Shown here piece after piece: positions 20,234 through 30,590 of a DNA stretch of 64,000 nt (its first letter is position 1; every line of letters starts with the position of its first letter). The position numbers were made by a program, and so were the translations under genes. The stretch spans positions 704,001-768,000 of the forward strand of contig CBDCQT010000013.1 in the NCBI GenBank assembly GCA_965220745.1, written 5' to 3'. A model generated the notes under the pieces. The model saw nothing but the letters and a program-made list of their open reading frames with translations. It was not told where the DNA came from and did no database searches. This stretch comes from Alphaproteobacteria bacterium. Its GTDB lineage: Bacteria > Pseudomonadota > Alphaproteobacteria > UBA828.

Positions 20234-21892
20234 ATGCCATACGCGCCCTCCTTCGACTACATCGTCGTTGGCGCAGGCTCGGCGGGATGCGTGCTCGCCA
20301 ACAGGCTCTCGGCCGATCCCGACCGCTCGGTGCTGCTGGTCGAGGCAGGCGGAAAGGACCGCAATCCCCTGTTCCGCCTGCCGATGCTGATGGGCAGGCT
20401 GTTCCACTCCGGCATCTACAACTGGCGCTATCACACCGAGCCGGTGCCGAGCCTGGACGGCCGCTCGCTTTACTGGCCGCGCGGCAAGGTGCTCGGCGGC
20501 TCGTCCACCATCAACGGCATGATCTACGTGCGCGGCAATCGCCACGACTACGACCGCTGGGCCCAGATGGGTTTCACCGGCTGGTCCTATGACGATGTGC
20601 TCCCGGCCTTCTGCCGCTCCGAAGGGCACGCGGAGCGGGACGGGGCCTATCACGGAGGTAAGGGTGAGTTGACCGTCTGCCGAGCGCGCAGCGCCAATCC
20701 GCTCTTCGACGTGTTCGTCCAGGCGGGCCGCGAGGCCGGACATCCCGTCAGCGACGACTTCAACGGGGCCGAGCAGGAGGGCTTCGGCCGGTACGACTTC
20801 ACCATCAGGCGGGGCAAGCGCTGCTCCGCATCGACTGCCTTCCTCAACCCGATTCGAAATCGGCGCAACCTGTCCATCGCCACCGGAAGCCTCGTCCGCC
20901 GCGTGGTCGTCGACGGCAGCCGCGCGACCGGGGTCGAGGTCGCTGGCGGCGCCGACGTCCGCACCATCCGCGCGGCGAGCGAGGTCATTCTCTGCGCCGG
21001 CACGGTCAACACGCCCCAGCTCCTCATGCTCTCGGGCATCGGGCCCGGCGACGATCTGAAGCGGTACGGTATCGACGTGATCCACGAGCTCCCCGGCGTC
21101 GGCCGCAACCTGCAGGATCACGTGGACTGCGTTCTCTCGTACGCGTGCACGAAGCCGGTCACCCTCTATCGCGAGCTCCGGGTAGACAGGATGATCCTCT
21201 CGGTGGCCGAGGGGCTGCTCTTCGGCCGCGGCATCGCTACCACCTTCCCTTACGAGGCGGGCGCCTTCCTCAAGTCCCGGCCGGAAAGGGTGACGCCGGA
21301 CATCCAGGTGCACTTTATGCCGGCGCTGGAGAAAGCGGCGAACCTGCACTTTCCCAAGCCCTTCAGGAAGCCACCGCTTGAGGAGACCCACGGCTTCTCC
21401 ATGCGCGTGGGCCCGGTCAACCCCGAGAGCAAGGGCTGGATCGGCCTGCGTTCCGCCGATCCTGCCGATGCGCCGCTGATCCAACCCAACTATCTGCAGA
21501 GCGAGGCCGACTGCCGCACGACCATCGCCGGTATCCGCATGGTGCGCGACGTGGTGGCGCAGCCTGCCTTCGACACCTATCGCGGCCCCGAGCTTGCGCC
21601 CGGCGAGGCTATGCAGAGCGACGAGGAGTTGACCCGCTGGCTCCGCACCAACGCCATGACCACGTTCCATCCCGTCGGCACCTGCCGCATGGGCACGGAC
21701 CCGCTGGCAGTGGTGGACGCGCGACTCGCAGTACACGGCATCAAGGGGCTCAGGGTCGCCGATGCGTCCGTCATGCCCGTCATCACGAGCGGCAACACCA
21801 ACGCGCCCGCCATCATGATCGGCGAGAAGGCAGCCGAGTTCATTCTCCGCCCGGACCAAGCCCACGCGTCATTGGAAGGGAATCAGCAATGA
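20234..21892 (+). CDS. GMC-family FAD oxidoreductase
   Basis: GAGSAG, GKVLGGSSTINGM, VGRNLQDH, FHPVGTC, GNTNAP. Confidence 0.95.
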   Translation: MPYAPSFDYIVVGAGSAGCVLANRLSADPDRSVLLVEAGGKDRNPLFRLPMLMGRLFHSGIYNWRYHTEPVPSLDGRSLYWPRGKVLGGSSTINGMIYVRGNRHDYDRWAQMGFTGWSYDDVLPAFCRSEGHAERDGAYHGGKGELTVCRARSANPLFDVFVQAGREAGHPVSDDFNGAEQEGFGRYDFTIRRGKRCSASTAFLNPIRNRRNLSIATGSLVRRVVVDGSRATGVEVAGGADVRTIRAASEVILCAGTVNTPQLLMLSGIGPGDDLKRYGIDVIHELPGVGRNLQDHVDCVLSYACTKPVTLYRELRVDRMILSVAEGLLFGRGIATTFPYEAGAFLKSRPERVTPDIQVHFMPALEKAANLHFPKPFRKPPLEETHGFSMRVGPVNPESKGWIGLRSADPADAPLIQPNYLQSEADCRTTIAGIRMVRDVVAQPAFDTYRGPELAPGEAMQSDEELTRWLRTNAMTTFHPVGTCRMGTDPLAVVDARLAVHGIKGLRVADASVMPVITSGNTNAPAIMIGEKAAEFILRPDQAHASLEGNQQ

Positions 21893-22215
21893 TCGTCGAG
21901 CATCGCACCTACACGTTCCGTCCCGGCACGGTGGAGGGCTGGCTCAGGAAGTACGAGGCGGAGGGCCTGCCGATCCAGCGGCGCCATCTCGGCCGTCTGA
22001 TCGGCGTCTACGTCTCCGAGATCGGCCGGCTGCACCGGGTCGTCCTGATCTGGGCTTACGAAAGCCTGGCCGACCGCGAGCGGCGCCGCGCCGCGATGGG
22101 CGCGGACCCCGCGTGGCAGGCGTTCATCCAGTCAGTCTGGGCTCTGGACGCGATCCAGGAGCAGGACGTGATGGTGATGAACCCCGCGCCATGCTCGCCG
22201 CCCATCGGCGATTGA
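21889..22215 (+). CDS. NIPSNAP-family protein
   Basis: VEHRTY, EIG.LHRVVLIWAYESLADRERRR, ADPAW. Confidence 0.9.
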   Translation: MIVEHRTYTFRPGTVEGWLRKYEAEGLPIQRRHLGRLIGVYVSEIGRLHRVVLIWAYESLADRERRRAAMGADPAWQAFIQSVWALDAIQEQDVMVMNPAPCSPPIGD

Positions 22216-22292
22216 ATGGTCCGCTGGTGAGGGCCTGACAACGAATTCCAGCCGGGCGCAAGGGGCGCCCGCGGGAGAAGAGGAGAAACGCC

Positions 22293-23366
22293 ATGTCGAA
22301 CAAACCGAATGCGAATGGCCCAGGCGCGCCGCTCGCGCGCCTCAGTCGCCGCAGGTTCCTGGCGGCTACCGCCGGAGTCTCGGCGGTCGTTGGGGCGAGT
22401 ACCACGTTTCCGCTCGCAGCGCGCGCGGACGCTGGTCTGGTCGCCCTGGTCCACACCCAGGCGGCCGGCGACAGCGGTCCCATCGATTCCATGATGGGCC
22501 GACTCAACCAGCTCTCTGAGGCGCAAGGCTTCGAGACCCGCGCCATCTACGCGCAGGACCCGGCCACTTACGAGACGGTGCTGCGCACCCTCGGCGATGC
22601 GGGCGCCTCCATCGTGTTGGGCACCTTCCCGGTCATCTCCGAGGCCTTCAAGGCGGTGGCGCCGCTCTATCCCGACACCAGGTGGATCCAGCTCTTTGGC
22701 GACGCCGTCGACCCGCCAATCGCGAACCTGGTGACGGTCTCCTACGATTACTATCTCGGCTGCTACCTGTCGGGCATCTTTGCCGCGCACGTCTCGCAGT
22801 CGAAGCAGATCGGCTTCATCGGCGGCATCAGCATTCCGCCGATCAACGCCGACTTCAACGCGCTCCAGGCAGGCGTGCACGCGGTCGATCCCGAGGCCAG
22901 CGTTACCGCCGCCTTCGCGGGCTCCTTCCAGGACCCGGCCAAGGGCTACGAGATCGCGAGCCAGATGTTCCTGGACGGGATCGACTACATCCAGACCGAT
23001 TCTGCCGCGACCGACGGCGGCATTATCCAGGCGGCCAACGAGCGCGAGGGCGCCATGGTCAGCGCGCTCGATCCGGCCCAGTACCCTCTCGGACCCGCCT
23101 CCGTGATCGGCGTGGTCAGCCTCGACTTCGGCCAGTCGCTCCATAACGAGACCAGCGCAGCGCTTGGCGCCGACTGGCAGGGCGGGCGGCATGTGCCGAC
23201 CGGCCTTGGCAGCGGCGTCATCGACTTCCTCCGGTCTCCGCTCTATCGGGAGCAGGGGCCTGCGGCTATCGTCGCCCGGTCCGACGAGGCGTGGCCTGCG
23301 GTCGAAGCGGCGCGGGCGGGCATCCTCGACGGATCGGTTTCGGTGCCGTTCAACACGGAGCTCTGA
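22293..23366 (+). CDS. BMP-family (nucleoside-type) ABC substrate-binding protein, Tat-exported
   Basis: SRRRFL twin-arginine signal; IGFIGG, GSFQDPAKG. Confidence 0.85.
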   Translation: MSNKPNANGPGAPLARLSRRRFLAATAGVSAVVGASTTFPLAARADAGLVALVHTQAAGDSGPIDSMMGRLNQLSEAQGFETRAIYAQDPATYETVLRTLGDAGASIVLGTFPVISEAFKAVAPLYPDTRWIQLFGDAVDPPIANLVTVSYDYYLGCYLSGIFAAHVSQSKQIGFIGGISIPPINADFNALQAGVHAVDPEASVTAAFAGSFQDPAKGYEIASQMFLDGIDYIQTDSAATDGGIIQAANEREGAMVSALDPAQYPLGPASVIGVVSLDFGQSLHNETSAALGADWQGGRHVPTGLGSGVIDFLRSPLYREQGPAAIVARSDEAWPAVEAARAGILDGSVSVPFNTEL

Positions 23367-23401
23367 TCGCACTCGCGGACCAGGAGGCGCTCTCGGCACG
23401 G

Positions 23402-24982
23402 ATGACAGACGCGGACCCGCCGGCCCTCAGTTGTCGCGGGATTCGGGTCACATACGGCGAGGTGACGGCGCTCGCCGACCTCGATATCGCCTTCGCGCGT
23501 GGCGCCATCCACGCCGTGGTCGGCCAGAACGGCGCCGGCAAGACGACCTTCGCTCGCGTCGCGGCGGGTCTTGTCCGGCCCGACGCGGGCTCTCTTGCCA
23601 TCGACGGGAGCCCCTTGCGGCTCGGTCGGGTCGCGGGGGCGCGTGCGGCGGGGGTCGAACTCGTTCACCAGAGCTTCGCGCTGCCGCCCTCGTTCACTGT
23701 GGCCGAGGCACTGGAGTTCGGCGCTGGCGGTGGCATCGGCCTCTACGGCCGCCGGCAACTGTTGAGGCGTTGCCGCGAGCGGCTCACAGACCTCGATCTC
23801 GACGTCGATCCGCGCCGGCGTATTCGCGACCTGCCGGTGGAAGCGCAGCAGGGCGTTGAGATCGCCCGCGCGCTGGTAACCGACGCGCGTGTGCTCATCC
23901 TGGACGAGCCGACCGCTGTGCTGCCTCCGGCCGGCATCGAGGCGCTGTTCGAGCGTATCCGCAGACTCAAGCGGCATGGGGTCACGGTTATCCTGATCCT
24001 GCACAAGCTGCGCGAAGTGATGGCGGTCGCCGACACGATCTCCGTCCTTCGTGGCGGCCGGCTGGTCGCGGGGCCCGTCCCCCGCGACCGGGCAGACGAG
24101 AGGCGCATCGCCGAGATGATCGTCGGCCAAGCCGCGGCGGGTTCCGTCAGCGCCGACGATGCCCGGGCGCTCGTGGGGGCGGCGCCGGTTCGTGGCGCGG
24201 CCGCCCGGGATACAAGCGCCTCTGCGGCGCTCGACTCTCACGAATCGGTCCTCGAACTGGCGGACGTGAGCACGGTGAAAGAGCCGGAAGAGCCACCGTT
24301 GGATCGGGTGTCGCTGCTAGTCAGGCCAGGAGAGATCGTCGGCGTCGCCGGGGTTCAGGGCAACGGTCAACGGACGTTGGTGCAGGCGATCGCCGGCCTC
24401 GCCGACACCACGGGCGGAGACATCCACCTGGGTGGCACGCGCGTGAGCCGCTTGAGCCCCGTCTCCCGCCGTGCCCTCGGGCTGCGTGTTATTCCCTTCG
24501 AGCGCAACAGCGAGGGACTCAGCCTCACCAGCGCGCTGTGGGAGAACTGGTCCGTCCGCGAGCTTCTCCAAAAGCCGCTGTTCAGTTTCGTCGATCCGTC
24601 CGCCCTGCGGCTGCGTTGCGATGAAGCGCTACGGACCTGGGGCGTGCGCTATGCGTCCGCGACCCAGAACGCCGGCGCCCTCTCCGGCGGCAACGCGCAG
24701 AAGGTAATTCTGGCGCGGGAAATCGATAAAGACGCGCGCCTCATCGTCGCCGCGCAGCCCGCGCGCGGGCTCGATATCGGTGCCACCGCTTTCGTCTGGT
24801 CGGCGCTGCGCGAGGCGGCCGGACGAGGCTGCGGCGTGTTGCTGATCTCCTCTGACCTCGACGAGCTGTTCGACATCAGCCACCGCCTGGTGGTGATGCT
24901 CTCGGGCCGTGTCGTCGCAGAGTTCGTCCCGCCCTACGACATCGGGGCGGTGGGCCGCGCCATGACCGGGGCGTCCGCGTGA
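23402..24982 (+). CDS. ABC transporter ATPase with two nucleotide-binding domains (nucleoside/sugar type)
   Basis: GQNGAGKT, ILDEPT, GVQGNGQ, LSGGNAQK, ISSDLDE. Confidence 0.93.
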   Translation: MTDADPPALSCRGIRVTYGEVTALADLDIAFARGAIHAVVGQNGAGKTTFARVAAGLVRPDAGSLAIDGSPLRLGRVAGARAAGVELVHQSFALPPSFTVAEALEFGAGGGIGLYGRRQLLRRCRERLTDLDLDVDPRRRIRDLPVEAQQGVEIARALVTDARVLILDEPTAVLPPAGIEALFERIRRLKRHGVTVILILHKLREVMAVADTISVLRGGRLVAGPVPRDRADERRIAEMIVGQAAAGSVSADDARALVGAAPVRGAAARDTSASAALDSHESVLELADVSTVKEPEEPPLDRVSLLVRPGEIVGVAGVQGNGQRTLVQAIAGLADTTGGDIHLGGTRVSRLSPVSRRALGLRVIPFERNSEGLSLTSALWENWSVRELLQKPLFSFVDPSALRLRCDEALRTWGVRYASATQNAGALSGGNAQKVILAREIDKDARLIVAAQPARGLDIGATAFVWSALREAAGRGCGVLLISSDLDELFDISHRLVVMLSGRVVAEFVPPYDIGAVGRAMTGASA

Positions 24983-26025
24983 GCGGCATCAGCATCCGCG
25001 CGGGCGCGGTGGTCCGCACGCTCGCTTTCATCGTGCTGGCGCTCGCGCTCTGCGGCGTCGTCTTCGAGCTCGCCGGCTACTCGGCGCTCCTGATGCTCGA
25101 AAGCGTCGTCGAGGGCGGCTTCCTGCGCGCGGGCGGATGGGCGCAGAGCCTGCGTTGGGCGCTCCCCCTCTTCATCACCGCGACCGGCGTCGCGATCTCA
25201 TTCCGCTGCGGCTTCTTCAATATCGGTGCACAGGGCCAGTTCTACGTGGGCGCCATCTGCGCCGCCTTCGTCGCCGATGTTCTCGGCGGCGCCCCGGCCG
25301 CCCTCGTGCTGCCGACGACCTTTCTCGCCGGCATGACGGGCGGCGCGCTCTGGGCGCTCTGGCCGGGATATCTCAGGCTCCGCTCGGGCACTGACGAAGT
25401 CATCACGACGCTGATGGGCAATTTCATCGCAGCGCTCGCGTTGGTCTACGTCACCTCCGGCCCGCTCAAGGACCCCTCCGGCACCGGCCAGCAGGCGGCG
25501 AGCCCGCTACTGCCGGCGGCCTATCGCATCAGCGATTCCCAGGGTATCTCGCCCGCCATCATCGGCATCGCAGCCGCCGTCGCGCTCGCCATGTGGGTCC
25601 TGGTCAACCGCACGCCTTTCGGCATGCTGGCGAGCCTGGCCGGGCGGAACCCGACCATGGTGCGCTTTCAGGGTGCGCGCCTCTGGACCCTGGGACTTTC
25701 GAGCTTCCTCATCAGTGGCGGGCTGGCCGGGCTCGCAGGTACCATCGAGCTTCTCGGCCCGACCGGGCGCATCGCGAGCGGCTTTTTGCCCGGCCACGGC
25801 TTCACCGCAGTGCTGATCGCGCTGGTCGCGAACCTCTCGGTGCTCGCGACTGCGGTCGTCAGCATGTTCTTCGGCGGCCTTGCGTCGGCTGCGCTCTACC
25901 TGCCGATCCTCGCCGGCCTACCGGCCGCTGCCATCGACATCTTCAATGCCTCCGTCGCGCTCTTCATCACCGCGAAGTCGGGATTGCTGGACCGCCTGCT
26001 GCGGGCAGCGAGGCTCCCCACATGA
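24979..26025 (+). CDS. ABC permease
   Basis: Hydrophobic; FNIGAQGQ, EVITTLM. Confidence 0.9.
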   Translation: MSGISIRAGAVVRTLAFIVLALALCGVVFELAGYSALLMLESVVEGGFLRAGGWAQSLRWALPLFITATGVAISFRCGFFNIGAQGQFYVGAICAAFVADVLGGAPAALVLPTTFLAGMTGGALWALWPGYLRLRSGTDEVITTLMGNFIAALALVYVTSGPLKDPSGTGQQAASPLLPAAYRISDSQGISPAIIGIAAAVALAMWVLVNRTPFGMLASLAGRNPTMVRFQGARLWTLGLSSFLISGGLAGLAGTIELLGPTGRIASGFLPGHGFTAVLIALVANLSVLATAVVSMFFGGLASAALYLPILAGLPAAAIDIFNASVALFITAKSGLLDRLLRAARLPT

Positions 26026-26924
26026 CCGAGTTCCACGAGTTCATGGTGGCGATCCTGCGCTCCGGCACGCCGCTGGTCTACGTCACCATGGCGGGCGTCA
26101 TCGCCCAGCGCGCCGGCGTCTGGCACCTCGGCCTCGAAGGCGTGATGATCGTTGGTGCCTGCGCGACGATCCTCGGCATCGTGCTTACCGGCTCGTTTGC
26201 GGCCGCCATCGTCATCGCCTGCGTGCTCTGTGTTGCCGCTTCGGTCCTGCTCTGGTTCGTGATCGAGAAGCTGGGCGCCAACCCCATCATTGCGGGACTC
26301 GGCCTCACGGGGCTCGGAATCGGCGGGACAGCGCTCGCCGTCCAGGCGCTCTTCGGCAGCCTCGCCGCCGTGACCGCACCCTTCGGCGTGCCCAGGCTGG
26401 GCGCCGCTTTCGGCCCCTACGGCGCGCTCTCGATCTTTGTGCTGATGATGCCCTTCGTCGTCTGGAGCATGTGGGTGCTGCTCTGCCGCACGCGCTTCGG
26501 CCTGCGGCTGGCCGCTGCCGGAGAGCACCCGCTGGCGGCGCGCAGCGTCGGCACCGATCCGGCCCGTGTCAGGCTCATCGCGCTCGCCGCAGGCGGGGTT
26601 CTCTGCGCCATCGGCGGCGCTGAGCTCGCAGCCGGCGGCCTCACCATCTTCGCTCAGAACATGACCGCCGGGCGCGGCTTCATGAGCTTCGCCGCCGTCA
26701 TCTTCGGCGCGGGCCACCCCATCGCGGCCGCCTTCGCCGCGATGTTCTTCAGCCTGGTGGGGGTCGCGGGAATCAGGCTGCAGCTCCTGTTCGGCGCGAG
26801 CATCCCGCACGACGTGCTGCTCTCGCTGCCCTATCTGGCGACGATCCTCGGCGTCTGGATCAGCGGCCGTATGCGCGGCGGCGCCAAGGCCGCCACCGAG
26901 GCCTCGGAGCTGCGCGATTACTAG
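26022..26924 (+). CDS. ABC permease
   Basis: LGLEG, TRFGLRL.AAGEHP, MTAGRGF, LPYLAT. Confidence 0.9.
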   Translation: MTEFHEFMVAILRSGTPLVYVTMAGVIAQRAGVWHLGLEGVMIVGACATILGIVLTGSFAAAIVIACVLCVAASVLLWFVIEKLGANPIIAGLGLTGLGIGGTALAVQALFGSLAAVTAPFGVPRLGAAFGPYGALSIFVLMMPFVVWSMWVLLCRTRFGLRLAAAGEHPLAARSVGTDPARVRLIALAAGGVLCAIGGAELAAGGLTIFAQNMTAGRGFMSFAAVIFGAGHPIAAAFAAMFFSLVGVAGIRLQLLFGASIPHDVLLSLPYLATILGVWISGRMRGGAKAATEASELRDY

Positions 26925-26949
26925 CGAGTGGGATCATTTGCCCGTAGCC

Positions 26950-27300
26950 AGACGAGGGGCGTGCGCACTGCACGACAGAGCGGCAAGTGATGCGAAAGCG
27001 TGCGGCCAAGGATCGACGGCGCAGGGAACACGTAGGCGCTCTCCGAGCGTGGCTGCCTCCCGAGAATGGCGCGTGCTGGCGCATTGAGAATGACCCGCCT
27101 CGGTCCGGACTTGGCGTCGACGAGACTGAGCGTGTCGCTGCCCACATCCTGCCAGCACAGGGCTACGGATTCGGTCTTCCGGTAGCCGGTCAGCAACAGA
27201 AGGAGGATGAAATCTGCCTGCCGCGCGCGACGGTCGCGCGTCATCGTGGTGATCCAGCATCCCATGGAGTCGACACACCTCCTCGCGCGAAAGTAAGCGG
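26950..27300 (-). pseudogene. Frameshifted internal remnant of a tyrosine integrase
   Basis: RLLSREEVCRLH, then a frameshift to LLLLTGYRKTE...DAKSGPRRV...YVFP. Confidence 0.8.
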
Positions 27301-27550
27301 GTGAGCGTGGCACCGGGTGGACGTGGGGACCTGACCGCGCTGCCGCCCCCCCTGCCGTGCCTCCGCCCCGCGACCGGCGATAGCCGGCGCCGGCCGACGC
27401 TGTCGATCCTCCCGCAGCCCGCGGGTCGGAGAGGTTCACCAAGACCCTCTTGGCCCGCACGACGACGATTCGGGCGAGGATGGTCGGAGGCGGCAGCGAA
27501 AGAAGCGGGGCATCCGGTGCTACCGAAGCACGAGCGCGGCCAGACTTCCT

Positions 27551-30500
27551 CTACAGTTCCAGCTCGAGCTCGTACTCGTAGGTCTTCTCGCGCTTCGGCC
27601 GCGCAGGCGGAGCAGGCCGTCGATCGGCCGGGGCGGGGTCGCCGACATCGGCGCGCTCCAACGGCGCAGGTGCCGGCGCACCGCGTTCACGGTCCCGCTG
27701 CGGCACAGACTTGGGCTCTACCGGCTGGCGCGCCGCATCGTCCCTGGCCTTGCCGTCCCTCGCCGGACTGTCCGCCGGCGACGGCGCGATGGCTTCGAGG
27801 GCGGCGATGCGTTCTCCCGTCGCCGCCTCCAGGCGCTCGCGCAGTGCGCGGCGGTCGTCGGTCACCAGCTCGGCATGAAGGCGGGCACGGCTGATCTCCA
27901 CGTAGAAGGTTTTTTGGGTGGTCAGATGGGCGTGCTCCGCTTCCATCGCCGCGATCACCCGGTCCACGGTGCGGCCCTGGAACGCGTGCACCGTCGCTGC
28001 CCAGGCCCGGTCGATATGGCGCAGCTGGGGATCGTCCCGGCGCAGCGTCAGAGCCCGGCCGTCCTCCAGCCGGAACGAGACGGCTCTCTCGCCGACCGCC
28101 GACACCTCCGCCGTGCCGCTGTTCACCAGCCCGTGCCTCCTGTCGTTGCGGGTCCAGCACACCCGGTCGCCGCGGCGAAGCTCCATGGCATCCACGGCGT
28201 AGACCTCCACCCCGCCGCGCCGCGCCGCCAGCCTGGCGGGTTCCCAGGCGACGGTAGCGCCATGCTTGCCTTGCAGCGTCACCACGCCTGCGGCGCGGTC
28301 GACAGCTGCGACGCTGATCTCGTCGCCCTTGTCGACCCCGAGACGCTTGTAGCGGCGGTGGAAGGCCACGACATCGCCCGGGACATAGTTCGCGGCAAGC
28401 GACTTCTCGGCATTGGTATAGCCGCGCGAGACGAGCCTCTCGCCATCGATCGCAGGCCCATCGATGACGCCGTCGCGGACCAGGCGCTCGCGGACGATGG
28501 TGTTGGTCTTCTCTCTCAGCGCGTGGCTGGGGGCCATCAGCCCCGTGACCTCCCGCTCTCCGGGCGAGAGCGCAAGCCAGCGCGCGGCGGCAGCGCCCGC
28601 AAGATTGTCCGCCTTCACCTCCGCGACGTTGTCGCCGAGTTTTCGGAAGGCCCGGTGAATGTCGCCGGCGAGGCTGGCCTCGACGGCCTCCTTCAGCGCC
28701 GGCTCGCGCTGGCGCACGATCTCATCCATCACCGCGCACGTCATGCCTGCGGTCTGCAGCTGCGCGAAGGGCTTGCCGGCGTCGACGGCATCGAGCTGCT
28801 TCTCGTCACCCACCAGGATCACACGGGGGATGCGGAGCGTGTCGGCGATCCTGAGAAGGTCGCGGGTCTGCGCGGTGGAGGCGAGGGAGCCCTCGTCCAC
28901 CACCAGCACGGTCTTGCGGAACCGTGCCTTCATGGCCCGCTCGCCCCTGCGGGAGAGCCGATCCTCGGCAACGCCCGCGTTGCGGGCGAGGAAGCCCTGC
29001 AGGGTCTCGCTGGCAATGCCGGCCTCCGCATCGAGAGTGCGCGCCGCAGAGGCCGACGGCGCCAGGCCCCTGACCTCGAAGCCGCGCTTCTCCAGCAGAG
29101 CCCGCGCCCTGTTCAGCATGGTGGTCTTGCCGGTGCCGGCATAGCCCTGCACGCCCACGACGCGATCGTTGTGGGACAGGATCACCTTCACCGCCTCCTT
29201 CTGCCCGGTCGTAAGGGGGCCGTTGCGGAGCGCCTTGTCGACGGCGCGCCCGCGCATGGGAGCAGCACCCCGCCCCTGTCCGCGTTCCATCAGCGCTATG
29301 GTCTCGCGTTCGTCGGCGACAGTCCTGTCGGTGGTGAGCGAATCCCCCGGCACGGGGTAGTCCGCAGCCAGCAGGGTGCCGGCCTTCTCCAGCCGCGTGA
29401 CGGCGGCCTCAGCCTCGCCGATGCTCACCTTGCCGGGATTCCAGGCGAGAGTCGAGGTGAGGAGATCGGTTCGCGAGAATACCGCCTCTCTCTCGGAGAG
29501 GTGCGCCACGGCCCAGGCGGCCGCCCGGTCCACTTCCGCCGTCGTACCAGGCTCCGCCTCCCGGTGCTGGCCTGCACGGGCGAGGGGTCGGTCTCCGTAG
29601 GCCGCCTGCCGGTGCCGGGCCTCGTTCACGAACTCACTTGCGTCGAAGCCCAGTTCCGAGGCCTGCCTCTGCCAGCTCTCGCGCAGGGCGTCCCTGTCCA
29701 CCTCGCGCTTGTGGGCGCGGGTCATGAGCGCCGCGCGCGCCGCCAGATGGGGGTTGCTTCCGGGATCGCCCTGGCTGCGAGCGTCCATCGCCGCCTCGAT
29801 CTCGGCGCGCCTGGTGGAAAAGGCCTCGACGATGGACCGCGATACGGGGGACCGCCCTGGTGCACCCGCGATCTCGAACCGCCCGTCCGCGTGGGTCTTC
29901 TCGATGCCGTAGCCGAGCTCCTCCAGGCCTCTCGCCAGCTCGGCGCGGTAGAGCGCGCCGATCAGCATCTTGGACGCATAGAGCTTCTCGTTGGCCATGG
30001 TGCGCCACTTCGCGGAACGGGGCGTTTCCCCGGACCGGGGCGTTCCCCCGTCCTGACCCTGCACCATGTTGGCGATCACCGCGTGCGTGTGGAGCTGTGG
30101 GTCGAGGTTGCGCGAGACCTCGTGGCGGAAGGTGGCGATCACCGCCTTCTGGTCTCCGGTGCGCACCATGCGGCCGCTGTCTGCATCCATCGTCCTGGTC
30201 TCGACCGCGTTCTTCTCGATCCAGGCAAGTGTCCTGCGCACGGCGGCGTCATGGGCAGCGACGATGCGTTCGTCGCCGCCGATCAGGGCCGCGATGGATA
30301 CGGACTTGGGCGCGGAGAAGGTGACGTCGCGGCCGGGGCGGTGGTCGATCGTACCGTCCCCCAGCCTGCGGCCGAGCCGGCGGCCCGAGCCGTCGGGGAC
30401 TTCGCCCGCGAGGATGTCGCTGAAGACGTCCGGATCGACCGGCCCGGAGAGCCCCAGAGCGTCCGCGCCCCTGCCCGCCCAGGCGCTGGCCTCCCGGTGG

Positions 30501-30589
30501 GCGTCGTCGTCCTTGGCGTAGTAGCCGTCTCGCTCGTAGTAGGAGACCCCCTGGGCAGGCGAGGCGATGGCGCCGATGGAGGCGACCAT
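27551..30589 (-). CDS. mobF: MOB-F (TrwC/TraI-like) relaxase-helicase
   Basis: YYERDGYY, DVTFSAPKSVS, HEVSRNLDPQLHTH (HUH), FSTRRAEI, GYAGTGKT, HAFQGRT; start at ATG 30589. Confidence 0.95.
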   Translation of the reverse strand: MVASIGAIASPAQGVSYYERDGYYAKDDDAHREASAWAGRGADALGLSGPVDPDVFSDILAGEVPDGSGRRLGRRLGDGTIDHRPGRDVTFSAPKSVSIAALIGGDERIVAAHDAAVRRTLAWIEKNAVETRTMDADSGRMVRTGDQKAVIATFRHEVSRNLDPQLHTHAVIANMVQGQDGGTPRSGETPRSAKWRTMANEKLYASKMLIGALYRAELARGLEELGYGIEKTHADGRFEIAGAPGRSPVSRSIVEAFSTRRAEIEAAMDARSQGDPGSNPHLAARAALMTRAHKREVDRDALRESWQRQASELGFDASEFVNEARHRQAAYGDRPLARAGQHREAEPGTTAEVDRAAAWAVAHLSEREAVFSRTDLLTSTLAWNPGKVSIGEAEAAVTRLEKAGTLLAADYPVPGDSLTTDRTVADERETIALMERGQGRGAAPMRGRAVDKALRNGPLTTGQKEAVKVILSHNDRVVGVQGYAGTGKTTMLNRARALLEKRGFEVRGLAPSASAARTLDAEAGIASETLQGFLARNAGVAEDRLSRRGERAMKARFRKTVLVVDEGSLASTAQTRDLLRIADTLRIPRVILVGDEKQLDAVDAGKPFAQLQTAGMTCAVMDEIVRQREPALKEAVEASLAGDIHRAFRKLGDNVAEVKADNLAGAAAARWLALSPGEREVTGLMAPSHALREKTNTIVRERLVRDGVIDGPAIDGERLVSRGYTNAEKSLAANYVPGDVVAFHRRYKRLGVDKGDEISVAAVDRAAGVVTLQGKHGATVAWEPARLAARRGGVEVYAVDAMELRRGDRVCWTRNDRRHGLVNSGTAEVSAVGERAVSFRLEDGRALTLRRDDPQLRHIDRAWAATVHAFQGRTVDRVIAAMEAEHAHLTTQKTFYVEISRARLHAELVTDDRRALRERLEAATGERIAALEAIAPSPADSPARDGKARDDAARQPVEPKSVPQRDRERGAPAPAPLERADVGDPAPADRRPAPPARPKREKTYEYELELEL
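29846..29863 (-). repeat. Single 18-bp unit, inverted orientation, in the relaxase gene
   Basis: GCACCAGGGCGGTCCCCC (15/18 identical to the unit at 30032); gives FEIAG[APGRSP]VSR. Confidence 0.65.
30014..30049. repeat. Two tandem 18-bp units in the relaxase gene
   Basis: GGAACGGGGCGTTTCCCC + GGACCGGGGCGTTCCCCC; encode GGTPRS-GETPRS before AKWRT. Confidence 0.8.
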
Positions 30590-30590
30590 G

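Noticed and set aside
20234-21892. Calling the GMC enzyme betA
   Set aside because: No betB/betI/betT context; substrate unknown.
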